A DNA stretch of 64,000 bases from Clostridiales bacterium UBA5888. Lineage in GTDB: Bacteria > Bacillota > Clostridia > Oscillospirales > Oscillospiraceae. Below, in pieces: positions 9,026 to 19,629 of this stretch; position 1 is the first letter of the stretch, and each line of letters opens with the position of its first letter. The notes beneath the pieces were generated by a model, which was not told where the DNA came from, ran no database searches, and saw only the letters and a program-made list of their open reading frames with translations. The stretch spans positions 1,504 through 65,503 of the forward strand of contig DJEW01000001.1 of the NCBI GenBank assembly GCA_002431965.1, written 5' to 3'. Made by a program: the position numbers and the translations under genes.

Positions 9026-9786
9026 TGGACAGATTGAAAGACAAAGTAGCGATAATCACCGGCGCCGGCGGCGGCATATGCCACAAAGCTTCGGAGCTTT
9101 TCTGCCGCGAGGGGGCAAAGGTCGTCATGGTCGATATTGACCCTCAGGTCGAGGATTTCAGCCGCGAGATCAACGAAAACGGCGGAGACACGACAGCCGT
9201 CGTTGCCGACGTCTCCCTGCGCGACACATGGGTGGATCTTCAGAAGCTCACCCTGGAGAAATACGGTCGTATAGACACCGTCGTCAACGGCGCAGCCGCA
9301 TTCTCGCCCCCGACCCACGACTGGGCTTACATCACCTCCGAAATGATACACGAGGTCATGCGCGTCAACATCGACTCCATGGTATATTCCTATCAGACCG
9401 TGCTGCGCTACATGATGAAAAAGAAGATCCGCGGCAGCTTCCTCAACTTCGCATCCTCCACCGCGCTGGCGTACAACGGCGCTGCAACGCAGGGCTATCC
9501 GTTCTCCAAGGCATGCATAAAGCTCGCCACGCAGAACATGGTGAATCAGGTCAGCAAAAAATACGGCATACGCTTCAATTGCCTCGCCCCGAATTATGTA
9601 TGGGTGCCGAAGCAGGCAAAGGTCTTTGACATGTACAAGGAGCATTTCATAGCCTCAACGCCGATGCCGTATATCGGCGAGCCGGAGGACGCTGCATGGG
9701 CAATTGTTTACCTGTGCTCCGATGAAGCAAAATACATAAACGGCGTGTGCCTGCCGGTAGACGGCGGCTGGGCCGTTCAGAAATAA
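9025..9786 (+). CDS. short-chain dehydrogenase/reductase (SDR)
   Basis: TGAGGGIC cofactor motif and YPFSK (YxxxK) catalytic motif. 253 aa. Confidence 0.9.
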   Translation: MDRLKDKVAIITGAGGGICHKASELFCREGAKVVMVDIDPQVEDFSREINENGGDTTAVVADVSLRDTWVDLQKLTLEKYGRIDTVVNGAAAFSPPTHDWAYITSEMIHEVMRVNIDSMVYSYQTVLRYMMKKKIRGSFLNFASSTALAYNGAATQGYPFSKACIKLATQNMVNQVSKKYGIRFNCLAPNYVWVPKQAKVFDMYKEHFIASTPMPYIGEPEDAAWAIVYLCSDEAKYINGVCLPVDGGWAVQK

Positions 9787-9807
9787 ATTCCGGAAGGAGT
9801 GAGAGCT

Positions 9808-11745
9808 ATGCCATCCCTTTTGTCGGCGCCTTTCAGAATAGGCAGCATGGAGCTGAAAAACAGAATGGTAATGGCGCCCATGGGAGTCACCGTGGGCAAT
9901 ATGAGCAGAAGCACCGTGGAGTATTTCGTTGAGCGCGCCAGAGGCGGCGCGGCGATGATATCCTGCAATATCCGCGCGTCGCTGTCCTTTGAAAGCGGCG
10001 AGCACTCAATATTTTTCTGCGAAGAGACGGAACCGCTTTTTGCGGAAATGACAAGGCGCTGCCACAGCTTCGGCTGCCGGGTCGCCGCTCAGATACAGCC
10101 CGGCGATGGTCGGATCGGCGGACCGTCCGTAAAATACAGGGTGCCCATAAGCGCGTCGGACTGCTCATGGATGCATGTGCCAAAGATGCGCTGTCACGCG
10201 CTGAGCATAGACGAGATACGTGAGCTTGAAGGCGACTTTCGCCGCAGTGTACAGGCCGCGATCCGCTGCGGCGCAGACTGCATCGGCATCCACGCCTACG
10301 GCGGGTATCTCACGGACCAGTTTTTGACCGAACGCTGGAATAAACGCCGCGACGAATACGGCGGTTCGCTGGAAAACCGCGCGAGATTTCTCAAGGAGCT
10401 CATCGGCATATGCAAGGAAGAGGGCGGCTCCGATTTCCCTGTAATAGTGAAATTCACCCCGGATCACTACATGGACGGCGAAGGCTACCGGCACATCGAT
10501 GAAGGCATCGCGCTTGCAAAGCTCATCGTAAGCTACGGAGCCGACGCGCTGCATGTGGACGCCGGCTGTCACGAGAACTGGCCGAACGCAATGCCGCCCG
10601 CCGGTATGCAGATGATGACTCTCCAGTCGCGCTCGGCAAAGATCATAAAGGCCGTCGTTGATGTTCCCGTGCTTACTCACGGGCGTTTCGGTGACGTGCA
10701 GAAGGCAGAGGCTGCGCTGCGCGACAGCGTATGCGACATTGCGGTTATCGGGCGCGGTCTTCTCGCCGATCCGGATCTGCCGAACAAGGTGCTTTCCGGT
10801 CGTCCGGACGATATACGCCCCTGCATTTCTTGCAACGAGGGCTGCATAGGGCGCGTATACAACAACGAGCCCGCTACCTGCGCGATGAATCCCCGCTGCG
10901 GGCACGAGGACGGAAGCATAGACATTCCAAAGCCCGCCGCGCCGAAAAAGCTTCTTGTTATAGGCGCCGGTCCCGGAGGGTGCATGGCCGCGCTCTACGC
11001 AAAGCAGGCCGGACACAGCGTTGAGATCTGGGAAAAAAGCGACCACATCGGCGGCAACGCGCTCAATGCCTGCAAGCCGTATTTCAAGACCGACATGCAC
11101 CGGATGATAAGGTATTTTGAGCGGGAGCTGCTTATTAACGGTATTCCCGTGCGCTATTACACCGAGCCGGACGCCGCAGCAGTAAAAGAATACGCTCCCG
11201 ATCACATTATTCTGGCCGCAGGCGGACGTCCGATCCTTCCCCGCTCCATCCCCGGTCTCGATCTTCCGAAGGTCTACCCCGCAACGGAAGCACTGAGCTG
11301 CTGCTGCGATGTAGGCGAGCGGGTGCTGGTCGTAGGAGGCGGTCTTGTCGGCGTGGAGACCGCGCTTCAGATGGACATGTGGGGAAAGCACGTCACGTGC
11401 ATTGATATGGCAAAAACCATTCCCTCCGAGCCCGGCTTCAAAATGAACGACATGCTCATGAAACAGTACATGCTCAAATCCAATGTGCAGTTCATGCCGT
11501 CCACAAGGCTTATCAGGATAGACGGAGATGAATTCACCTGCACTGTTACCGTTGAATCCGAGGGCGTGCAGCGCACCGTCGAATACGACACGGTGCTCCT
11601 TGCGCTCGGCTTTCTTCCGACGGCGGATCTGGCCGGGGAGTACGATTCGATCGCGCCTGTCACCGTCATTGGCGACAGCCGGCGTCCAAGGAAGATTATC
11701 TTTGCGATTGAGGATGCGCACAATGCCGTAAGGGCTCTCAGCTGA
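9808..11745 (+). CDS. NADH:flavin oxidoreductase of the OYE / 2,4-dienoyl-CoA reductase / BaiCD-BaiH type (FMN + 4Fe-4S + FAD/NAD domains)
   Basis: N-terminal FRIGSMELKNRMVMAPMG, Cys cluster CISCNEGCIGR, and Rossmann motifs VIGAGPGG and VVGGGLVGVE. Start set at the ATG at 9808, 8 nt after GGAAGGAG. Confidence 0.9.
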   Translation: MPSLLSAPFRIGSMELKNRMVMAPMGVTVGNMSRSTVEYFVERARGGAAMISCNIRASLSFESGEHSIFFCEETEPLFAEMTRRCHSFGCRVAAQIQPGDGRIGGPSVKYRVPISASDCSWMHVPKMRCHALSIDEIRELEGDFRRSVQAAIRCGADCIGIHAYGGYLTDQFLTERWNKRRDEYGGSLENRARFLKELIGICKEEGGSDFPVIVKFTPDHYMDGEGYRHIDEGIALAKLIVSYGADALHVDAGCHENWPNAMPPAGMQMMTLQSRSAKIIKAVVDVPVLTHGRFGDVQKAEAALRDSVCDIAVIGRGLLADPDLPNKVLSGRPDDIRPCISCNEGCIGRVYNNEPATCAMNPRCGHEDGSIDIPKPAAPKKLLVIGAGPGGCMAALYAKQAGHSVEIWEKSDHIGGNALNACKPYFKTDMHRMIRYFERELLINGIPVRYYTEPDAAAVKEYAPDHIILAAGGRPILPRSIPGLDLPKVYPATEALSCCCDVGERVLVVGGGLVGVETALQMDMWGKHVTCIDMAKTIPSEPGFKMNDMLMKQYMLKSNVQFMPSTRLIRIDGDEFTCTVTVESEGVQRTVEYDTVLLALGFLPTADLAGEYDSIAPVTVIGDSRRPRKIIFAIEDAHNAVRALS

Positions 11746-12023
11746 GACGTGAAGCCGTTGTTATTGGAATTTTCCCCACGCTGTTCTCCATGTTTGCACG
11801 GTTGAAGCGCATTATTATATTTTGTGCGCATTCATGCTTGTCAAATTTCACATTTTGTCGGCGGCATCTATATAAAAACATAAGGCAAAGCCCGGAAATG
11901 TCAAAAAAATAATGTTAAAATATTATCGTTCCATGACATAGCAATACCGGTAATGCTGATCCGGAGCTACGGGAAAGCTTCGGAGAGACGCAAAAAATCT
12001 TGTATTAAGAAAGGAATAGCAAA

Positions 12024-12791
12024 ATGTTTGAAAACGAATTCAAGGGTAAAGTAGTACTGGTCACCGGCGGCAGCCGCGGCATCGGCTTTGCCGCAGTAAA
12101 AGGCTTCCTCGCAGCCGGCGCAAAGGTGTATTTCCTCAGCCATTATGAAGAGACCGGCGCGAAGGCTCTGGCTGCTCTCAAGGAGATCAACCCCGACTAC
12201 GAAGTCATGACCAAGGCCATCGACCTGTGCGACTACAAGGCGGTTCAGGATCTGTACAAGGAGATCGAGGAAAAATGGGGTCGTCTGGATGTTCTCGTCA
12301 ACAACGCAGGCACCGACTCCAGCACATGGATAACCAAGCTCAAGCAGTCCGAGTGGGATTCCGTGTGCGACCTGAACATGAAGGCTCCTTTCACCATGAC
12401 CAAGTACGCCATTCCTTATCTTGTCAAGACCAAGGGCTGCGTCGTCAACACCGCATCCGTTGCAGGCGTTTACGGCTCCCCCACCGGTCTGCCCTACCCC
12501 GCTTCCAAGGGCGGTCTTATTGCAATGACCAAGTCCATTGCATACTCCTTCGCCAACAAGGGCGTGCGCGTCAATGCTGTCGCCCCCGGCGTTGTTGCAA
12601 CTGACCTCGTTGCAAATCTCCCCAAGTTCGCAAAGGATTCCATCGGCGACACCATTCCCATGAAGCGCTTTGCCGATCCCGAAGAGATTGCAAACGGCAT
12701 CATGTTCCTCTCCTCCAGCGCCGCATCCTACGTCACCGGCGTCTGCCTCCAGATCGACGGCGGCTACCGTCCCAGCAATCTCACCACCTGA
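12024..12791 (+). CDS. short-chain dehydrogenase/reductase (SDR)
   Basis: VTGGSRGIG and YPASK motifs. 255 aa. A 278-nt gap upstream suggests a separate promoter. Confidence 0.9.
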   Translation: MFENEFKGKVVLVTGGSRGIGFAAVKGFLAAGAKVYFLSHYEETGAKALAALKEINPDYEVMTKAIDLCDYKAVQDLYKEIEEKWGRLDVLVNNAGTDSSTWITKLKQSEWDSVCDLNMKAPFTMTKYAIPYLVKTKGCVVNTASVAGVYGSPTGLPYPASKGGLIAMTKSIAYSFANKGVRVNAVAPGVVATDLVANLPKFAKDSIGDTIPMKRFADPEEIANGIMFLSSSAASYVTGVCLQIDGGYRPSNLTT

Positions 12792-12860
12792 TAAAAAGAT
12801 ACTCTCTGCCCTGCTTAAAGCAGGGCAGGGGCAAATCCGGGAATATGCGAGGTCTTTTTC

Positions 12861-14387
12861 ATGGGAGCCAATACTGAACACTTCAATTACTTCAACACCT
12901 CCGAGGAGAGCTTCTTTACTCCCGGGCGGCAGCTTGCCGACATTGCGCACGTCAAGCCTGATGCGCCCGCAATAATCTATGTTTCTCCGGAGAACAGTGA
13001 GTCCGTTATGTCCTGGCGCGAGCTGGAAACTCTGTCCAATCGCATTGCATGGTATCTTATCGGTCAGGGCATAGGTCCCGGTAAAAGCGTCCTCGCCGCA
13101 CTCCCCAACATTCCCACGCATATAGCGCTTGCATTCGGCATATGGAAGACCGGAGCCTGCTATGTTCCGGTGTCCAACCGTGTGCCCCAGCGCAATATGG
13201 CTGAGATCTGCGAATGCGTCGCCCCTTCCCTCGTCATAACCAACCGAAAAAAGCCAGTCGGTTACCCGTCCCTCTCGACGGCGGAGCTGCGTGAGCTCTG
13301 CATGCCCTTGTCGGATGAAATGCCGCCCGACATACTCGCCGTTCCCAATCTCACCAACTGCTCCGGCGGTACTACCGGCAAAACGAAGGTCATCCAGCAG
13401 GATATGCCTGCCGGCGAGAGCGACGAGGGGCTCAAGACATGGTTTGCCGTGTCGGGCATGAGCTTTGAAATGCGCCAGCTGCTTGCCGGTCCGCTCTTCC
13501 ACGGCGCCCCGCATTCCGCCGCTTTCAACGGTCTCTACTGCGGCAACACCATTGTAATGCCTGCAAATCTCGACCCTGAGACGATCGTCCGCTGCATCAA
13601 AAAGTATGAGATCGAATATGTGCAGATGGTTCCGACGCTGATGCAGCGCATCATCAAAATGCCCGGCTTCCAAAAGGACGATCTGAAGAGTCTGAAAGCG
13701 CTGTGCCATACCGGCGGGGTATGCTCCGCCGATCTCAAGCGCGAATGGCTTGAGGTGCTCGAACCCGAACAGCTGTACGAGATCTATTCAATGACCGAGT
13801 GCATCGGAATGACTCATATCCGCGGCGACGAATGGCTCCGTCATCAGGGCTCAGTAGGGCGGATACTCTGCGGAAAGATTTCCATCCGCGGCGACGACGG
13901 GCGCGAGCTGCCCTCGGGAGAGGTCGGCAGCATATACATGTCCTGGGGGGCGAACGCTCCGAAGGTCGAGTACAAGAACATCACCCCGATCGAATGCGAT
14001 GAAAACGGCTTTAAGAGCGTCGGCGATATGGGCTATGTCGATGATGAGGGTTATCTCTATTTTGCTGACAGGCGCAGCGATATGATAGTTACCGGAGGGG
14101 AAAACGTTTTTGCCGCCGAAGTCGAAGCTGCGCTTATGAAGCACCCCGCCGTGGTTGACGCGGTAGTAGTCGGTCTGCCCGACAGGGACTGGGGGCACCG
14201 TATCCACGCTATTGTGGAGACGAGAGCGCCTGTGACTCAGAAAGAGCTCATCAGATTTGCCCTGAATTATCTTATACCGTATAAGCTGCCCAAATCCATA
14301 GAATTTACAGATCATATCCCCCGCAACGAAAGCGGAAAAGTTGTGCGCAGTCAGCTCGTTGAAGAAAGCCTTAAAAAGGGTTTCTGA
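12861..14387 (+). CDS. AMP-dependent acyl-CoA synthetase/ligase (second copy)
   Basis: CSGGTTGKTK, GDMGYVDDEGYLYFADRRSDMIVTGGENV and YKLPKSIEFTDHIPRNESGKVVRSQL. Confidence 0.85.
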   Translation: MGANTEHFNYFNTSEESFFTPGRQLADIAHVKPDAPAIIYVSPENSESVMSWRELETLSNRIAWYLIGQGIGPGKSVLAALPNIPTHIALAFGIWKTGACYVPVSNRVPQRNMAEICECVAPSLVITNRKKPVGYPSLSTAELRELCMPLSDEMPPDILAVPNLTNCSGGTTGKTKVIQQDMPAGESDEGLKTWFAVSGMSFEMRQLLAGPLFHGAPHSAAFNGLYCGNTIVMPANLDPETIVRCIKKYEIEYVQMVPTLMQRIIKMPGFQKDDLKSLKALCHTGGVCSADLKREWLEVLEPEQLYEIYSMTECIGMTHIRGDEWLRHQGSVGRILCGKISIRGDDGRELPSGEVGSIYMSWGANAPKVEYKNITPIECDENGFKSVGDMGYVDDEGYLYFADRRSDMIVTGGENVFAAEVEAALMKHPAVVDAVVVGLPDRDWGHRIHAIVETRAPVTQKELIRFALNYLIPYKLPKSIEFTDHIPRNESGKVVRSQLVEESLKKGF

Positions 14388-14457
14388 GCCGATCGTGCAT
14401 ACATGAAAATTGCTGAGCATACGCCAGCAAAAAAGGAAAGAAAAAAGGAGAAAAATA

Positions 14458-15738
14458 ATGGAGAAAAAACAGTTCAAAGGCTGGGGCGTTCTGGTCGCCG
14501 CTTTCCTGATGGCCTTCATCCCCACCGGCATAATGAACAACTGCTTCGCGCTGTACATGGCTCCCGTATGCGCAGATCTCGGATTCAGCACGACAAGCTG
14601 GTCCATGGTCAACCTCATCGGTTCCTTTGCAAGCGCAGCCGGCGCGATGATAATCGCAGGTCTCTATCAGAAGAAGAACATGAAGATCGTAGCCGCTGTT
14701 GTAACCGTCTGCACTTCTCTCTGCTGGCTCGTTGCGACCAGGTGCACCGCTATCTGGCAGTTCTACATTGTCTTCGCCCTGTCCAACATCTTCCTCGCCG
14801 GTCTGACCCAGCTGCCCATCTCCATGCTCATCACCGCATGGTTTGAGGACAAGCGTTCTACCATGATGTCCATCGCCTTTGCCGGTGCCGGTCTCGGCGG
14901 CGCTGTCTGGGCTCCCGTCATTTCCAAGTTCATCGCCTCCGGCACCTCCGGCTGGAAGTCCGCAATGCTCTTCTCTGCCGCTGTCGTCGGCATCGTAATG
15001 GTTCTTGCCTCTCTGTTCCTTGTCAAGCGCTCTCCTGCCGAGTACGGCACCGAGCCTTACCGCACCGCCAAGAAGGATGATTCCTCCTCTGACGCGGCCG
15101 CAGCAAAGAGCTCTGCATGGGTCGGCGTTTCCAAGAAGGTCGCTACCAAGTCCAGCGCGTGGGGCTGTGTTCTCGCAGTCGTTATCCTCATCGGCTTTAT
15201 CTCTGCCGGTGTTACCACTCACGTTCCCAACTTCGTTACCTCTATCGCTCAGGACGGCGGCAAGCTCCAGGGCACCATTCTTTCCGTTTACTCCATCGTT
15301 TCCATCCTCGGTGTTGTAGCAGGCGGCGCATTCATGGATAAGCTGGGCATCCGCAAGGCCGTTCTTGGCGCAGTCGTGCTTGTCATCGTCGGTCTGGCCT
15401 GCCTGTACATCTACTCCATCACCGGCACCGTCGCTATCGCCTTCGGTTACTCCGTGTTCTTCGCAATCGCAATGTTCCTGCCCAGAGTTCTGCCTGCAGT
15501 TCTCATGTCCGCGGTCTTCGGCACCAAGGATTACGCCTCCATCTACGCTCTGGCCAACCTCTTCTTCCTCGTCGGCTGCGCTGTCGGCTCCGTGCTGACC
15601 TCCATCATTCAGGGTATTGCCGGTTACGGCGTCACCTGGATCGTATACATGGTCTTCGCAGTTCTTCTGTTCCTGGCCGTCTCAGGCGCTATCAAGGGCG
15701 GCGAGAAGCTCAAGGCTCAGTATCCCGAGGGAGACTGA
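14458..15738 (+). CDS. MFS transporter
   Basis: About 12 predicted hydrophobic segments. Start at the ATG at 14458 (MEKKQFKGWGVLVAAF...) after AAAAAGGAGAAAAATA. Confidence 0.85.
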   Translation: MEKKQFKGWGVLVAAFLMAFIPTGIMNNCFALYMAPVCADLGFSTTSWSMVNLIGSFASAAGAMIIAGLYQKKNMKIVAAVVTVCTSLCWLVATRCTAIWQFYIVFALSNIFLAGLTQLPISMLITAWFEDKRSTMMSIAFAGAGLGGAVWAPVISKFIASGTSGWKSAMLFSAAVVGIVMVLASLFLVKRSPAEYGTEPYRTAKKDDSSSDAAAAKSSAWVGVSKKVATKSSAWGCVLAVVILIGFISAGVTTHVPNFVTSIAQDGGKLQGTILSVYSIVSILGVVAGGAFMDKLGIRKAVLGAVVLVIVGLACLYIYSITGTVAIAFGYSVFFAIAMFLPRVLPAVLMSAVFGTKDYASIYALANLFFLVGCAVGSVLTSIIQGIAGYGVTWIVYMVFAVLLFLAVSGAIKGGEKLKAQYPEGD

Positions 15739-15828
15739 TAATCTCCGCACCGTAAACGTCAGCATGCATATGACATGCTGACGTGAGTGAAAATAACAAA
15801 ATCAGAATTTTCAGAAAGGATCTCAGCA

Positions 15829-17187
15829 ATGAAACAGATTGACAACAAGCTGACGCAAAAGTTCAGCGAGTACCCCGAATTCGGCGTTCTCAAGGGCGTT
15901 AAGGTTTTCGTGACCGGCACGAACATTGCCGGCCCCTTCGCCGGTTCCCTGATGGCTGAGATGGGCGCAAAGGTCCTTCAGGCCGAGGCTCCCACCATCG
16001 CATGCCAGACCCGCGGCACTCTTGCATGGTCCCAGAACCATCGCAACGAGTACTCCATCACCATCAACTCCGCCACTCCCGCAGGCAAGAAGATATTCCT
16101 CAAGTGCATCGAGTGGGCAGATATATGGATAGAGGCAGGTCGTCCCGGCTCCTATGCAAAACGCGGTCTCACCGATGAAGTATGCTGGAAGCACAACAAG
16201 GCGCTCTCCATCGTCCACGTCTCCGGCTACGGTCAGTTCGGTCCGTCCAAGAACAAGCCCTCCTACGACGTCTCCGGTCAGGCAATGGGCGGCTACATGT
16301 ACATGAACGGCGTGTCCCCCACTTCCGGACCGCTGAAGGTCAATCCGTATCTGTCCGACTATATCACCGCTTACAACGCCTGCATCTGCGCAATGGCCGG
16401 CTACATCAACGCCAAGAACAGCGGCGAGGGTGATTCCTGCGACGTCGCGCAGTATGACACCATGTTCCGCCTGCTCGACAACTACCCCGCCAACTGGTTC
16501 AACAAGGGTTATCCCAAGCAGGGCGAGCCCGTACCCTACCGCACCGGCAACAAGAGCGATCAGGCAGCCTGCTTCTCCTTCTACGACACGAAGGACGGCA
16601 ACGCAATGTTCGTTGCAATTGTCGGTCAGGGTCCTGTTGAGCGCGGCTATCCCATCATCGGCATGCCCAAGCCCGGCACCAGCCCCGAAGTTCCCAAGGA
16701 TTGCACCGGCTTCCCGCTCTTCGATCCGCGCGGCAAGAAGGCGGACGAGCTGTGCGCGAAGTTCTGCGCAGAGCGCACCTGCGACGAGCTGGAAGAGATC
16801 TTCAACAAGGCCGGCATTCCCTGCCAGCGTGCCTACGGTCCGGCTGACATTGAAAAGGATCCTCAGTATGAAGCCCGTGAAAACATTGTCGAGTGGGACG
16901 ACCAGTGCTTCGGCCGCATGAAGGGCATCGGTCTGACCAACATCTTCAAGAAGAATCCTTCCCAGATCGTTGCTTCCGCCCCCTGCTTCGGCGAGCACAA
17001 CCGCGAGGTTCTCGAAAGCTTCGGTTATACCGAAGAGGAGATTGACGCTCTCTACAAGAAGGGCGAGCTTGCGACCTGGACTCCCGCAGATACCGCGAAG
17101 AAGAAGAACTTCGTCGAATGGCACTTCTTCTGGGATCCTGAGAGACAGGCAAAGCGCATCGGTCTTGACTATCCCCCCAAGAAATAA
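15829..17187 (+). CDS. family III CoA-transferase, CaiB/BaiF-like (tandem paralog 1)
   Basis: FGVLKGVKVFVTGTNIAGPFAGSLMAEMGAKVLQAE, HVSGYGQFG, NPYLSDY and DVAQYDTMFRL. These resemble CaiB/BaiF sequences as I recall them. Start set at the ATG at 15829. Confidence 0.88.
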   Translation: MKQIDNKLTQKFSEYPEFGVLKGVKVFVTGTNIAGPFAGSLMAEMGAKVLQAEAPTIACQTRGTLAWSQNHRNEYSITINSATPAGKKIFLKCIEWADIWIEAGRPGSYAKRGLTDEVCWKHNKALSIVHVSGYGQFGPSKNKPSYDVSGQAMGGYMYMNGVSPTSGPLKVNPYLSDYITAYNACICAMAGYINAKNSGEGDSCDVAQYDTMFRLLDNYPANWFNKGYPKQGEPVPYRTGNKSDQAACFSFYDTKDGNAMFVAIVGQGPVERGYPIIGMPKPGTSPEVPKDCTGFPLFDPRGKKADELCAKFCAERTCDELEEIFNKAGIPCQRAYGPADIEKDPQYEARENIVEWDDQCFGRMKGIGLTNIFKKNPSQIVASAPCFGEHNREVLESFGYTEEEIDALYKKGELATWTPADTAKKKNFVEWHFFWDPERQAKRIGLDYPPKK

Positions 17188-17309
17188 GATCAGCACCAGC
17201 GCATAAGCAAAGATAGGCTGCCATTACTGACCTGTGTCAGCGTATGGCAGCTTATCTTGAATGAGCCGAAAATTGAATTGAAAATGCAGAAAAAGGAGGC
17301 GCAAAATAT

Positions 17310-18677
17310 ATGAGCTTTAAGAAAATTGACTGCAAGCTCACGCAGAAATTCAATGAGTATCCGAATTTCGGCGTTCTGAACGATGTAAAGGTGTTCGTAT
17401 CCGGAACCGCTATCGCCGGTCCGTTTGCCGGCTGCCTCATGGCTGAAATGGGCGCAAAGGTCCTTCAGTCTGAAGCTCCGACAATATCCTGCGGCACGCG
17501 CGGCACCACCAGCTGGTCTCAGAACCACCGCAACGAGTTTTCCATCACCTGCAATCCCCGCACTCCCGCCGGCAAGAAGATATTCAAAAAATGCCTTGAG
17601 TGGGCCGATATATGGATAGAATCCAGCAAGGCCGGCACCTATGCCCGCATGGGGCTTACCGACGAGGTATGCTGGAGCGTCAACAGCAAGTTGTGCATAG
17701 TGCATGTCTCCGGCTACGGTCAGACAGGTCCGTATAAATCCAAGGCGTCTTATGACGTTTCCGGTCAGGCGATGGGCGGCTACATGTATATGAACGGCGC
17801 ATCTCCCGACTCTCCCCCGCTGAAAATAAATCCGTATCTGTCCGACTATGTTACGGCGTACAACGCCTGCATGACGGCTCTGTCCGCATATGTCCACGCG
17901 CTCAAGACCGGAAAGGGCGAATCCTGCGATGTGGCACAGTATGATACGATGTTCCGTCTGCTCGACAACTATCCCGTGCTCTGGTACAACAAGGGTTACC
18001 CCAAAGACGGCGAGCCTGTCCCCTACCGTACCGGCAACCGCTCCGATCTCGCCGCATGCTTCTCGTTCTATACTACCAAGGACAACAAGCAGCTTTTCGT
18101 TGCCATAAACGGTCCCGGTCCTGTCGAGAAGGGTTACCCCATTATCGGCGTGGGCACTCCGGGTGTTACTCCGGGTCTGCCGAAGGGCATCCCCGGCTTC
18201 CCTCTCAACACGCCTATGGGGCAGAAAGCGGACGCCGCTCTCGCAAAGTTCTGCGCCGAGCACACCTGCGATGAGCTTGAAGAGATATTCAACAAGGTCA
18301 ATATCCCCAACCAGAGAGCTTATGAGCCGGGCGACATAGAAAACGATCCTCAGTACGCCGAGCGCGAGAATCTCGTCGAGTGGGAGGATCAGATATTCGG
18401 CGATATGAAGGGCATCGGCATTACCAACCGCTTCAAGAACAATCCCTCTCGGATCGTTGCCTCCGCTCCGTGCTTTGGCGAACACAACCGCGAGGTTTTG
18501 CAGTCATTCGGATATACCGATGATGAAATCGACGCCCTGTACAAGAAGGGTGAGATCGTCACATGGACGCCTGCTGATACCGCGCGCATCCGTCATCTGC
18601 CTGACTGGGGCTTTTTCTGGGACACCGAGCGTCAGTGCGAGCGCATTGGCATGGAATGGCCGCTCGAAAACAAATAA
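17310..18677 (+). CDS. family III CoA-transferase, CaiB/BaiF-like (tandem paralog 2)
   Basis: Collinear with the 15829..17187 product. By-eye identity is about 75% over the first 150 aligned residues. RBS AAAAAGGAGG. Confidence 0.88.
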   Translation: MSFKKIDCKLTQKFNEYPNFGVLNDVKVFVSGTAIAGPFAGCLMAEMGAKVLQSEAPTISCGTRGTTSWSQNHRNEFSITCNPRTPAGKKIFKKCLEWADIWIESSKAGTYARMGLTDEVCWSVNSKLCIVHVSGYGQTGPYKSKASYDVSGQAMGGYMYMNGASPDSPPLKINPYLSDYVTAYNACMTALSAYVHALKTGKGESCDVAQYDTMFRLLDNYPVLWYNKGYPKDGEPVPYRTGNRSDLAACFSFYTTKDNKQLFVAINGPGPVEKGYPIIGVGTPGVTPGLPKGIPGFPLNTPMGQKADAALAKFCAEHTCDELEEIFNKVNIPNQRAYEPGDIENDPQYAERENLVEWEDQIFGDMKGIGITNRFKNNPSRIVASAPCFGEHNREVLQSFGYTDDEIDALYKKGEIVTWTPADTARIRHLPDWGFFWDTERQCERIGMEWPLENK

Positions 18678-18773
18678 ATAAAACAAGGGTCGGGCATTCG
18701 CAGAGACAGTCTCGTCTCTGCGCCGCCCGCCCGCGCATAAAATAATTCTGCATAATCTGCAAAGGAGAAACAA

Positions 18774-19559
18774 ATGGGTAGACTCGATGGGAAGGTCTGT
18801 TTCGTTACAGGCGCAGGCTCCGGTATAGGTGCAAAAACCGCTGAACTCTTCGCACAGGAGGGTGCAAGCGTTATAATGGCAGACATGCATGAGGAAAACC
18901 TCAACAGCGTCGCCGAGGGCATAAAGGCCGCAGGCGGCGATGTCATGACGGTCGCGGTAAATATAACCGATAACGACGCCGTAAAAGCCGCCGTCGCAGC
19001 AGGCATCGAAAAGTACGGCAAGATCGACGCGCTGGCAAACATTGCCGGCGTCCTCGACGTGGCGATGAGACCTATCGACGATTTTCTTACCGCTGATCTT
19101 GATATGACCTTCGGCGTTAATGTCAAAGGAACGATGTATGTCACCCGCGCGATCGTCAAGCAGTTTGTCGAGCAGGGCTATGGCGCGATTGCAACAGTTT
19201 CATCTGTCGGCGGCGTGACCGGCAACGGCAGCGCCGCTTATACTGTCTCCAAGGGCGCGGAGATCTCGCTCACCAAGCATATCGCCCTGCGCTTTGCAAA
19301 CGGCGAGCAGAAGATCCGTGCGAACTGTGTATGCCCCGGCACCGTCATGACCCCGATGACCCACCGCGCCATGAAAGCAAGAGGCAAGTACACGAAGGCT
19401 GCAAAGGCAATGCAGGCATCCACCGCAAAGCACTCCACGCTGGATGTCGGCGCATGCTCCGATCTTGACATTGCAAAGATCCTCCTCTTCCTGTGCAGCG
19501 ACGATTCCGCGCCGATCAACGGGCAGGCAATTGTCGCAGACTACGGCGCAAATCTCTGA
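18774..19559 (+). CDS. short-chain dehydrogenase/reductase (SDR)
   Basis: VTGAGSGIG and YTVSK motifs. 261 aa. Confidence 0.9.
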   Translation: MGRLDGKVCFVTGAGSGIGAKTAELFAQEGASVIMADMHEENLNSVAEGIKAAGGDVMTVAVNITDNDAVKAAVAAGIEKYGKIDALANIAGVLDVAMRPIDDFLTADLDMTFGVNVKGTMYVTRAIVKQFVEQGYGAIATVSSVGGVTGNGSAAYTVSKGAEISLTKHIALRFANGEQKIRANCVCPGTVMTPMTHRAMKARGKYTKAAKAMQASTAKHSTLDVGACSDLDIAKILLFLCSDDSAPINGQAIVADYGANL

Positions 19560-19629
19560 TTTATATTCCTGCACTCACAACAGCTCCCAACAATGTAAAT
19601 AGTACGATTAAAGAAAGGAACTGCACAAC

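Noticed and set aside
10165-11721. Very long ORFs antisense to annotated genes. Examples are 10165..11721 (518 aa), 11967..13709 (580 aa), 15823..17196 (457 aa), 17190..18485 (431 aa), 20900..22123, 23374..24354, 32771..34273, 36049..37347, 54230..55684 and 55697..56602.
   Set aside because: They lie opposite genes with strong family motifs. Their translations are low-complexity (rich in Arg, Ala, Gly, His and Val) with no recognisable domains or RBS. Open antisense frames are expected in GC-rich coding DNA.
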